From Candidatus Babelota bacterium (lineage in GTDB: Bacteria; Babelota; Babeliae; Babelales; JAUPTZ01): a stretch of 64,000 nucleotides of DNA. Below the pieces are notes generated by a model. The model saw only the letters and a list, made by a program, of their open reading frames with translations, was not told the DNA's origin and searched no databases. This document shows, in pieces, positions 34,291 through 42,669 of the stretch (positions are counted from its first letter, which is position 1; every line of letters starts with the position of its first letter). The stretch spans positions 2,102 to 66,101 of the forward strand of contig JAUPTZ010000001.1 in the NCBI GenBank assembly GCA_030917815.1, in the 5' to 3' direction. The position numbers were made by a program, and so were the translations under genes.

Positions 34291-36135
34291 ATGAAGAAAA
34301 TGTATCGATTACTACTCTTAACGGTCGCGGTGTTTGTAGCGCCGTGCACTTCTTTGCAGCCCAATGTGCGCGTTATAGGTGGTGTTTCAGTTGCAGCGGC
34401 AGCTGCTTTGGTAACGGGGCGGTATATTGTTGCCAATAAAAATCTTGCGGGAGCCAGGGAGCGACTGCATGAGGCTTTGAGGCCACTACCGGTCCTGATA
34501 ACCGATGGGGGAGAGGTTGCCGAGCATGTGGCTGGTATGCAGGCACAACCCGACTATATCATACAGAAGGCGCGGCGTGGGGTTGAGGTAGCGCAGAAAG
34601 AATTTGATCGTGTCGATAAGGTTCTTAAGGGGTTTATTGCGATCTTTGGTGTTGGGGTAATTGTGCTAGCTATTCGTCATATGATGGCTCCGGAATCTGA
34701 GGATGCCTCATTACTCGGTACCGTGACAGGCGGAAAGCCGGCTACAAAGCCAACGAGCGATGATACAAAGCCACTTGTGGTGACGCCACCAGTAATCGAT
34801 GATACAAAGAAACCAGATGAAGAGAAACCAGATGATAAGCCTGGTGCGATAGAGCCACCGGTAGTTGTGGTTACGCCACCAGTAGTTGTGGTTACGCCAC
34901 CAGTAGTTAAACCGTTGACCCCTGCAGAGCAACGTGCTGCCGATATTGCAGCAAGGGAGGCCGCGCTCCAGGCAGAGCATACGAGAAAGATGCAGGAGGC
35001 AGAGCGCAGGCGGCAGGAAGAGTATGCCAAAGACGAGGAAGATCGGAGATTAGCGCGAATTGCCGATGCCAAAGAGGAGCGAGAAGCGAGAGCGGCAGAG
35101 CGTGAAGCGGAGCGGATACGTGCTGAAAAAGAAAAGCCAATGCGGGATTTCATGGCCGCACTTGATGAGGCGCAGAGAGGAAAGCCATCAGATCTTGATC
35201 AGTATAGGAAGCTGGATTACATGAAAGAAATGAATGCACTTGGTGATCGGCGTAATCTTCAAGAAATTGTTCAAAAAATCGGGGCAATGCCAGAGCCGGA
35301 GCGAATGATGCTTAGGCAACGGATATTGGCTGCGAGTGGAAGAGGGCCGTTTCTTTCCCGATTCCGCGCAAAGGATTTGAAGGCCGATGACGTTGAAATT
35401 TTGCGGCAGCTTCTTAATGTGGTTGATGTCGGGCCCAATGCTTGGATGGTTGAGCGCGATAGATCTTTTGAGCCGATTAAAAGATTTGATGATATTGCAG
35501 TCGGCGAGACCCAAGAGGCTTTTGATGCTTCTACTAATGTCGCGCAGGATTTTGCGGCCCAAATAGATCTTGCCGTTTTGCTGAGAAGCAGAAATATTGC
35601 CTTTTCTCTAAAAACACCAAATGGCAGCGTATTGTGCAGCAACGAAGGTATAGAATTTGACGTAGACACCATGCGCTACCGTAGCCGTGATTGGAGTGAT
35701 AGAAGTAATTTCAAACCGGATGGTACTTTTAGGCATAGGGTAATTGAGCGATTGAACCAGTATGAAGCGGCTAAAAGTAAGCTCGGTGCTTGTATTGCTA
35801 GCGGAGATATAGAAGGATTTAAGGCAGAATTAGCGAGACATCCGAAGCTTGATATCGATTGTCCGGTGGCGGAGTATCAGTATCAACCACTGCTTCTTCT
35901 TGCGGTGGGATCCGATAACGATCACCATCGTGAGTTTGTGACCGCTTTGCTTGAGCGTGGGGCCAATCCACGCATTGTTGCGTCTAATAATGGTGCTATT
36001 TTCGCGGCACGCCAGGCGGCAGCGCAGCATTATGATGTACGATTGAGCGACGATAGGCAAAGTGATAAGTACCGTGAGTATCAAGAGGTTCGTGAAGATC
36101 TGCGGGTAGCTGTTCTTGCGCAGCAGCTAGTATAA
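34291..36135 (+). CDS. membrane-anchored protein with a PPVVVVT repeat, an E/R-rich coiled coil and a weak C-terminal ankyrin-like repeat
   Basis: Leader MKKMYRLLLLTVAVFVAPC plus TM segments. Contains EAERRRQEEYAKDEEDRR. The ANK-like stretch is PLLLLAVGSDNDHHREFVTALLERGANPRI. Confidence 0.7.
   Translation: MKKMYRLLLLTVAVFVAPCTSLQPNVRVIGGVSVAAAAALVTGRYIVANKNLAGARERLHEALRPLPVLITDGGEVAEHVAGMQAQPDYIIQKARRGVEVAQKEFDRVDKVLKGFIAIFGVGVIVLAIRHMMAPESEDASLLGTVTGGKPATKPTSDDTKPLVVTPPVIDDTKKPDEEKPDDKPGAIEPPVVVVTPPVVVVTPPVVKPLTPAEQRAADIAAREAALQAEHTRKMQEAERRRQEEYAKDEEDRRLARIADAKEEREARAAEREAERIRAEKEKPMRDFMAALDEAQRGKPSDLDQYRKLDYMKEMNALGDRRNLQEIVQKIGAMPEPERMMLRQRILAASGRGPFLSRFRAKDLKADDVEILRQLLNVVDVGPNAWMVERDRSFEPIKRFDDIAVGETQEAFDASTNVAQDFAAQIDLAVLLRSRNIAFSLKTPNGSVLCSNEGIEFDVDTMRYRSRDWSDRSNFKPDGTFRHRVIERLNQYEAAKSKLGACIASGDIEGFKAELARHPKLDIDCPVAEYQYQPLLLLAVGSDNDHHREFVTALLERGANPRIVASNNGAIFAARQAAAQHYDVRLSDDRQSDKYREYQEVREDLRVAVLAQQLV
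34856..34909 (+). repeat. 21-nt coding tandem repeat (about 2.5 copies)
   Basis: CCACC(G/A)GTAGTTGTGGTTACG repeated, encoding PPVVVVT. Confidence 0.9.
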
Positions 36136-36149
36136 TAACGTATGTAATG

Positions 36150-36188
36150 AAAAGAGGGACATGCTTGAATGCGTGTCCCTCTTTTTTT
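36150..36188. terminator. bidirectional rho-independent terminator between convergent genes
   Basis: AGAGGGACA / TGTCCCTCT 9-bp stem flanked by an A run and a T run. Confidence 0.7.
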
Positions 36189-36205
36189 ATGAACGATGTT
36201 GTGTA

Positions 36206-36637
36206 TTAATGCACGTTACCTTCGTTGCCGCCCTCATTGCTAAATAAAGCCTGATATAATACCCGCTGTGTCGGCGACTGGATACTTTGTACCTCGCTTA
36301 ATTCGGCACCGCGCATTGAGCAATGTTGCGCGTGACCGCGATGAGTACCGCTGTTTCTGTGTTTTGATTTCTTTTTTGCACGACGAGCCGGCATTTCAGC
36401 ATCATGGGCTGTTGCTTGAATGTGATGCTCAATGTAGCGAACGAAACTGCTGAGCGTTTCATAGAGTTGATCGGAGGAGACGGTAATATCTTTATCGCTT
36501 GCCATGAGTGCCAGCTTATCTTTAAGTTCGGCATCAATAGTATCGGTAATGAAGGTCGCAAATGCATCACTTTTGTGCGTTAAAACCCATTGCATAAATG
36601 TGATGAGTTCTATGGATATCGTCAATTGAGTGGACAT
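36206..36637 (-). CDS. hypothetical protein (143 aa) with a basic His/Arg/Lys-rich centre
   Basis: The ORF fills the gap between the terminator and the next gene. No motif recognised. Confidence 0.5.
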   Translation of the reverse strand: MSTQLTISIELITFMQWVLTHKSDAFATFITDTIDAELKDKLALMASDKDITVSSDQLYETLSSFVRYIEHHIQATAHDAEMPARRAKKKSKHRNSGTHRGHAQHCSMRGAELSEVQSIQSPTQRVLYQALFSNEGGNEGNVH

Positions 36638-36743
36638 GGTGTCCTCCTTGTAAAGATGCGTGACGAAATAAACCTGTCATTAAAAGTGTTTACCAATACT
36701 ACCACAAAAGTCATTAACTTTGTGAAAATAGTTTAGAACCTAT

Positions 36744-37235
36744 TTACTGACTAGCACCGCGTAATGCACTCATAAAGAAGGTTGCAAATTGCTCTTCTTC
36801 TTCAGGTGACATGGCGTAGGCCTCATCGTTATCATCAAAATCGTCATCATCTTCGTTGAGTACCGATTCAAGGTCTTTGAGGAGTTGTTGTGTGATTGCC
36901 GGATCAACCTGAGTCAGCTGTTGTCTGCCTACGAATGGGTCGGGACGTGGCGTGAACTGCGGTTGTGGCTGGGCTGCTGGAGCCGGGGTTGGCTGAGGCG
37001 CCGATTTTTGGTGGACGGTAGCCTTATCGTCCATTGAAGGAAGAAAGACTTGCTGTGTCGCTTGCTTCCAGGCTGAGCCGATACGGCGCTCTTTTTTGGG
37101 CTTACGTTCTTTTGGTTGCAGTGTCTCCTGTGCCGCTTGTGCGGAAATCGGCACCGAGCTCTGTACCGCTTGCGGAACAGAAGCAGTGGCCAAAGAGAGG
37201 CACAACGTAAACATAAAGAAGTATGAAAATCGCAT
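36744..37235 (-). CDS. secreted hypothetical protein (163 aa) with a P/Q-rich middle and an acidic C-terminus
   Basis: Signal peptide MRFSYFFMFTLCLSLATASVPQA. Contains DDDDFDDNDEAYAMSPEEEE. Confidence 0.6.
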   Translation of the reverse strand: MRFSYFFMFTLCLSLATASVPQAVQSSVPISAQAAQETLQPKERKPKKERRIGSAWKQATQQVFLPSMDDKATVHQKSAPQPTPAPAAQPQPQFTPRPDPFVGRQQLTQVDPAITQQLLKDLESVLNEDDDDFDDNDEAYAMSPEEEEQFATFFMSALRGASQ

Positions 37236-37319
37236 AAAACCCTCAGTGGAGCACTAACTTATGGTGTTTCATAAGCTTAGCAACTGTGGGTATCGTGTCA
37301 AGCAACCTATGGGTTGATG

Positions 37320-38045
37320 TTAATTACGATCAAAAAGGGCGAAGAGGGCAAAGCGCAACAACTCGGTGCGCTTTTTTTCAGGCAATCGGGTAAATGGCTC
37401 ATTTCCCTTAATATCAACGAGGTCGAGGCGGGCATGGTTCTTTATGAGGAGATGAGCAAACTGTATATAGAGTGCGCCGGCTTTCCCATGAAGGTGAAGT
37501 GGCGTTTGGCCGAGGTCGTTTTGCGCGTCGACATGGGCGCCGGCAATAAGAAGAATCTCAGCGATTTTTAATGTTTTTGCGGTGAGGTGTGTGGCTACGA
37601 CGTGGAGTGGGGTGTTGCCATATTCATCGCGGAGCACCGGGTTGGCACCATGGGTCAGCAGGAATGTGGCAATCGCTACATCTCGATTGATGATGGCGAT
37701 GATTAAGGGCGATAGCCCGTCACGCATAGTGTCAATGTTGGCACCTTGCGCTATAAGACGGGCTATCATTTGGGGGATACGCTTGTTCTGCACGGCGCTT
37801 AAGAGCGCGTCGTCTAGGGTGTTTTGAGCCGAATGCAAAGCGGCCTGTATTCTAGGCGAGCTTAGGACGTCGGTTGTTTCTCCAATAGGGCCTTCATGAA
37901 TCTCATGGATAGACCGCTTATGGTACACCACTTGTTGCCCCAGCGCGCTGCTACAAAGGTAGGCAGGCGCAGGCAACTGCACATTTTTACGTTTCATTAT
38001 ACGTTTCTCCATTTTTCTCGTGTCGTGTTGTGTTAGGCACTTCAC
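37320..38045 (-). CDS. ankyrin-repeat protein
   Basis: Three or more clear ANK repeats (LIAQGANIDTMRDGLSPLIIAI; FLLTHGANPVLRDEYGNTPLHVVA; LLIAGAHVDAQNDLGQTPLHL). Confidence 0.85.
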   Translation of the reverse strand: MKCLTQHDTRKMEKRIMKRKNVQLPAPAYLCSSALGQQVVYHKRSIHEIHEGPIGETTDVLSSPRIQAALHSAQNTLDDALLSAVQNKRIPQMIARLIAQGANIDTMRDGLSPLIIAIINRDVAIATFLLTHGANPVLRDEYGNTPLHVVATHLTAKTLKIAEILLIAGAHVDAQNDLGQTPLHLHGKAGALYIQFAHLLIKNHARLDLVDIKGNEPFTRLPEKKRTELLRFALFALFDRN

Positions 38046-38277
38046 AAGTATTAACCTAGTATGGGCAGAATGTATTCTTATTGTAAATAGTATTGGAAAA
38101 ATACCGGTAAAAAGCCTGTTTTTCGGTGGTATTGGTGATGGAACACTTCAGGGTGTGGAGATTTTCTTGCGCTTCTTGCCGTATTACCGATAGAATACCC
38201 ACGTCATCGCGATTGTTTTTGCGTAATAATACGATTATGGCTGAAGCAGTTTGAAATGTTAATTGGTGAGCGCGTAA

Positions 38278-38387
38278 GCGCGTCATCACGCCACCGCCGC
38301 CCTTGCGGGCTAAGGCGCGCCTCGCTGTAGCTCACGAGAGCGCAAGCGGGAGGGCTGCTTTGTCAGCCCGTGGTGATCCAGGGTAGA
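38278..38387 (+). repeat. repeat module M2, copy 2, interrupted by a ~59-nt GC-rich insertion
   Basis: GCGCGTCATCACG (38278..38290) and GAGGGCTGCTTTGTCAGCCCGTGGTGATCCAGGGTAGA (38350..38387) are contiguous in the 18954..19002 copy. Here they are split by CCACCGCCGCCCTTGCGGGC..., whose first ~25 nt resemble 30507..30532. Confidence 0.75.
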
Positions 38388-38409
38388 TTGGTATAGATTA
38401 CTAAGTCAT

Positions 38410-38461
38410 CTGGATTGCCACGGCTTCAGTGGAAGCCTCGCAATGACGGCGTTGCCGTCTA
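38410..38461 (+). repeat. repeat module M1, copy 2
   Basis: CTGGATTGCCACGGCTTCAGTGGAAGCCTCGCAATGACGGCGTTGCCGTCTA. Confidence 0.8.
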
Positions 38462-38520
38462 GTAATTACCTATGTTGAATAGTGTTGACTATAAATCCCT
38501 GAAAGCATTCAAAGGAAACG

Positions 38521-41241
38521 ATGATTCCTCATCAAATAACCCTCTATAACTTTCTCAGTTACGGTGCGACGCCGCAAACTATCTCGTTTGAGGGGTATAG
38601 TCTTATCTGTTTATCCGGTCGTAATGGTCACGGCAAGTCGGCGCTACTTGATGCGATGACCTGGGCGGTCTGGGGACAGGCTCGCAAAACAACCGGTACG
38701 GCAAAGCCTGATGAGGGTCTTTTGCGGCTTGGTGCTCGTTCGATGATGGTAATGTTTGAGTTTTACGTGGGGACTCGTTTGCATCGGGTACGGCGTGAGC
38801 TCACCATGAGGCCGGGCAATAAGCCTTTTGTGACGCTTGATATGAGTGTGTATGACGAGGCGGCCGGGCAGTTTCACAGCCTAACCGATAAAACTATTCG
38901 TCAAACGCAAGAGGTGATTAACCGCACGGTGGGGCTTGAATATGACACTTATGTGAATTCGGCATATCTGCGGCAGGGCAATGCAAATGAATTCTCTCAA
39001 AAATCGCCCAAAGATCGTAAAAAGATTTTAACCGCTATTCTTGGTATTGATAAATATGATGCGTTGCAAACCCGCGCACTTGAGCGGGCTCGAGACTATA
39101 GTGCTCAAGCCACTCTCTTAAAAGAGTTAATTACTCGAGATGAAAAGGAATTGGCTGCGTACCCCTTTATTGTGGCACAGGAACAGGAAGTAGCCGTCGA
39201 GATTGCTCGCTGTAGTAATGATCTTGCGCTGCAAGACAAAGAGCGAGCGGTTGCACAAGAGGCGTATACGCAGCAAGTAGCAAAGCATCGGGACTATCAG
39301 GTGCAGTGTGAAGCGCTGGTGCAGGAGCAGGCTGCATTGAGCGGCGAGCGTCTGGCTTGGGGAGCACGCGTTGCGGTGTATCGTCGCGATATGTGTGCGC
39401 TGCAAGGGCTTTCAAGTCGGGTGCAGATACAAGAACGACTGGCTCAGCTGCGGGTACAAGAGATGCAGCAGCGAGGCCAGCAAAAAGAGCTGATCCTCCT
39501 TCAGCAGAAGGCAATGGCGCTGGAGAAGCAGTTATTCATGCGAGAGCAGAAGATACAGCAGGAGTTGGCCGCTTCACGGCATGAATTACTTCAAAAGCAT
39601 CAAGCGGCTGCCATGGCCTGTGAGCAGGCAAAAGGATTTGAAAAGCAGCTGCGCACGCAGCGAGAGCAGTTGCTGGCTGAGCATGCTGTCGTGACACGCC
39701 AGCAGCATGACGGTGGCCTTGAGGTAGTGCGATTGACCGAACAAGCGGCCGCGTATAGCGTTGTGCGGGCCAGGTTTGAAAAGCGGAAAACTTTTTACAA
39801 TACCTACGTGCCTCGGATGCGGTGGCTTCAGGGGCAGCAGCAAGAGCTCTCTCATAAATCTACTATGGTTGGGAATGAGAGCCCTAGTTGCCCACTCTGT
39901 GAACAGATGTTATCGCTCAAGCGTAAGCAGTTCTTGCAGGAAAAGCTGCACAAGGAGGCGAGCATTGTTGCGCATCAAGCAACGCGGCTCCAAAAAAATT
40001 TAGAAACTCTTAAGGAATTGCTCATCCAAGACCATGCGAGAGTAAAAGAGGGTGAAGCGGTCCAGAGCACACTGCAAACCGCCTGCGGGCAACAAGAAGT
40101 GCATGCGGCTCGTCAGGCTCATTTACACGTTAGGCTTATGGCGGTTGATGAGGCATTGGCTAAGGCAACGGGCGAGGTGGCTGCGTTGCAAGAGCGGCTT
40201 GATGCAACGAGCGCTAAAAAAACCGCCTACGAACGAGATGCGCAACTGGTGCTGGCGCAAGACGCTGAGCTGATGGGAATGGCGCTGCAGGGAAAAGAAC
40301 TTGCGGCAAAACGCATCGCCTTAACGTACGATGAGCAGGCCCATGCGGTGCTTGAGCAACAGATAGCCGAGGCCGAACAACAAGCGGCTACCATTGAGAA
40401 ACTTGATGAGCGGCGGGCGCAGTTGGCGCGTATGCGGGCCGAAATTGATGCGCAGCGCCGACAACTTAAAGAGCAGGCTCGCCAGGTGCACGCAAAAGAG
40501 GCGGCGCTTAAAGCCTCACTACCTAGCGAGAGTGAGCGGGTGAGATTGGCCGCGGTGGTAGCCGATATTGAAAAAATGAGTGGCCTGCTGCGGCAGCAAA
40601 AAGAAGATGCGGTGAAGCGGTTGGGGCATATTGCCGCCCAAAAAGTAAGGCTTGATGAGCAGAAAAAGCAGATGGAATTGCGGATAGCTGAGGCAGCGGC
40701 GGTTGAAGCGCGTCAGTACGATTGCGTTGCGTTGGCCCAGGCCTGGAGTAAGAATGGGATTCAGGCGCTGCTTATTGAGCAGGCTATTCCGGAAATTGAG
40801 TTTGAGGCCAATGAACTATTGTCTCGGCTGAGTAATAACCAGGCACATATTTTTATTGAATCGCTTCGTGACTTAAAGCGGGGTGGCGCACGAGAGACGC
40901 TTGATATTAAGATCGCCGATGTTATGGGCGTACGTCCCTATGAAATGTTCTCTGGTGGTGAGGCTTTTCGTATCGATTTTGCGTTGCGTATTGCGATTTC
41001 AAAGCTTTTAGCTAAGCGGGCCGGTGCTTATCTGCAAGTTCTTATTATCGATGAAGGTTTTGGCTCACAAGATGAAGAAGGGCTTGCCCGGCTCATGCAG
41101 TCGCTGTATGCGGTGCAGGACGATTTTGCCAAGATCATTGTGGTAACCCATTTGCCATCGTTTAAAGAGAATTTTCCGGTGCATTTCATTGTAGAAAAAG
41201 GCCCGGCCGGTTCGGTGGTGTCGGTTGAACAAAGGGGCTAA
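38521..41241 (+). CDS. sbcC: SbcC/Rad50-like SMC-type ATPase with a zinc hook
   Basis: N-terminal Walker A SGRNGHGKSALLDAMTWAVWG, a long coiled coil with a central CPLCEQ hook, a C-terminal signature FSGGEAFRIDFALRIA and Walker B LQVLIIDEGFG. Confidence 0.85.
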   Translation: MIPHQITLYNFLSYGATPQTISFEGYSLICLSGRNGHGKSALLDAMTWAVWGQARKTTGTAKPDEGLLRLGARSMMVMFEFYVGTRLHRVRRELTMRPGNKPFVTLDMSVYDEAAGQFHSLTDKTIRQTQEVINRTVGLEYDTYVNSAYLRQGNANEFSQKSPKDRKKILTAILGIDKYDALQTRALERARDYSAQATLLKELITRDEKELAAYPFIVAQEQEVAVEIARCSNDLALQDKERAVAQEAYTQQVAKHRDYQVQCEALVQEQAALSGERLAWGARVAVYRRDMCALQGLSSRVQIQERLAQLRVQEMQQRGQQKELILLQQKAMALEKQLFMREQKIQQELAASRHELLQKHQAAAMACEQAKGFEKQLRTQREQLLAEHAVVTRQQHDGGLEVVRLTEQAAAYSVVRARFEKRKTFYNTYVPRMRWLQGQQQELSHKSTMVGNESPSCPLCEQMLSLKRKQFLQEKLHKEASIVAHQATRLQKNLETLKELLIQDHARVKEGEAVQSTLQTACGQQEVHAARQAHLHVRLMAVDEALAKATGEVAALQERLDATSAKKTAYERDAQLVLAQDAELMGMALQGKELAAKRIALTYDEQAHAVLEQQIAEAEQQAATIEKLDERRAQLARMRAEIDAQRRQLKEQARQVHAKEAALKASLPSESERVRLAAVVADIEKMSGLLRQQKEDAVKRLGHIAAQKVRLDEQKKQMELRIAEAAAVEARQYDCVALAQAWSKNGIQALLIEQAIPEIEFEANELLSRLSNNQAHIFIESLRDLKRGGARETLDIKIADVMGVRPYEMFSGGEAFRIDFALRIAISKLLAKRAGAYLQVLIIDEGFGSQDEEGLARLMQSLYAVQDDFAKIIVVTHLPSFKENFPVHFIVEKGPAGSVVSVEQRG

Positions 41242-41312
41242 GGTTTCGGTACAGGTGGGCCGATCGAAGCTTAACTCTCGCACTTTTTTCATCTTCTGCT
41301 ACACTTTACCTC

Positions 41313-41990
41313 ATGAACGAACTTATATTCTTCCTACACACCTTAGTCGTCTTTGGCGCCACCTTCGGCGCCTTTCTTGCGGGTAAGCACATGCTGCGGG
41401 CCCTTGCTTGTCTGTACGTGGTGTTTGCCAATCTTTTTGTGGTGAAAAAGATGATGCTCGGGGGATGTGTTGCCAGTGGATCTGATATGTACATTATTGG
41501 TAGCATCTGCGCGATTCTCATGGGGCGTGCGGTCTGGGGTGAGGCTTTTGCTAAGCGTACCGCATGGTTGTCGGTCGGCGTGTCGGTACTCTTTTTTATG
41601 CTCTGTTGGTTTCAGGTTACCTATGTGCCTTCGGCGGCCGATACTATGCAGCCGGTATTTCTCGACGTACTAGGGCGAATGCCCTGGATTACCTTTTTTA
41701 GTATTCTCGCCCACTATGTGTCACAGTTGGTGACCGTTGCGATCTCGAGTGCCTGTGCGCGGCGATTTATGTCTCGGGGCATCGTGTACTGGTCGTTTGG
41801 TGCCATGCTTATAGGGCAGCTCGTTGATGGGATTCTCTTTTTTGGTGGCGCCTTTTGGGGCGCATTGACGGTGCCAGAGCTTATGCAAATGGTGACGGTT
41901 AGTACCGGCATTAAACTGATCTTAATTCTCTCTAGTTCGGTACTTGTTGCCGGAGCGGTCTGGTGTAAGGAGCGTGGATATGTACAATGA
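41313..41990 (+). CDS. YhhQ/VUT-family (queuosine precursor transporter-like) membrane protein, paralog 1
   Basis: Polytopic, 225 aa. AMLIGQLVDGILFFGGAF resembles the YhhQ ...SDTLAFFFIAF region. It is paralogous to the next gene and lies next to tgt. Confidence 0.55.
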   Translation: MNELIFFLHTLVVFGATFGAFLAGKHMLRALACLYVVFANLFVVKKMMLGGCVASGSDMYIIGSICAILMGRAVWGEAFAKRTAWLSVGVSVLFFMLCWFQVTYVPSAADTMQPVFLDVLGRMPWITFFSILAHYVSQLVTVAISSACARRFMSRGIVYWSFGAMLIGQLVDGILFFGGAFWGALTVPELMQMVTVSTGIKLILILSSSVLVAGAVWCKERGYVQ

Positions 41991-42669
41991 ACTTCTTTTT
42001 GCGGCCCACATTATAGTAGCGAGTGCCTCGGTTCTGTGGGCATTACGCTATTCGTATGGTGCGTTGATTGCGGTGCTGAGTCTGCAATTGATTTTGGCTA
42101 ATCTTTTTGTAACGAAACAGATTATGGTTTTTGGCATTGAAACCACGTGCAGCGAGGTTTTTGTGGTAAGCGGTATGTATGGGATTAGTCTTATCCGCTC
42201 GTACTATGGTGATGCGGCTGCGCGCAAGGCGATATGGATTACGTTTGGCTTTCTTCTTTTATTTGTGTTCTTTGTTCAGCTTCATTGTGCGTATAGCGGC
42301 CTTGATCCGATTCTTTCTGTCAGTATTGCACAGATGTGTAGCGCCACCTTCCGCCTGTTCTTTGCGAGCTTAGCCGCTTATTTAGTTTCGGAGCGGGCCC
42401 ATTTGGCACTTACTCGTTTATGGGGCACGCGACATGCGTCCCCGATTGGCCAAATCGTAGCTATTGCCGGTGGGCAGGTGGTTGATACGGTAACGTTTGC
42501 TAGCCTCGGGCTCTATGGTCTGGTGGCCGATTTGTCCTCAGTAATTCTTTTTTGTTTGATTATTAAGGCAATTATTTTGGTAATGCTTTCACCCATTCTT
42601 GCGTTGACTTATCGGTATGCGGTTTGCCGCCATGAACGTCAACCAAATACATTAAAGGTTCACGCGTGA
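41980..42669 (+). CDS. YhhQ/VUT-family membrane protein, paralog 2
   Basis: ATG 41980 (MYNELLF) overlaps the upstream gene by 11 nt. Contains ANLFVTKQIMVFG and AGGQVVDTVTFASLGLYG. Its stop overlaps the tgt start region. Confidence 0.55.
   Translation: MYNELLFAAHIIVASASVLWALRYSYGALIAVLSLQLILANLFVTKQIMVFGIETTCSEVFVVSGMYGISLIRSYYGDAAARKAIWITFGFLLLFVFFVQLHCAYSGLDPILSVSIAQMCSATFRLFFASLAAYLVSERAHLALTRLWGTRHASPIGQIVAIAGGQVVDTVTFASLGLYGLVADLSSVILFCLIIKAIILVMLSPILALTYRYAVCRHERQPNTLKVHA

Noticed and set aside
38056-38289. 77-aa minus-strand ORF in the gap upstream of the ankyrin gene.
   Set aside because: Its start codon lies inside the M2 repeat (GCGTCATCACG). There is no SD and no recognisable motif. 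It might be real, but I cannot support it.
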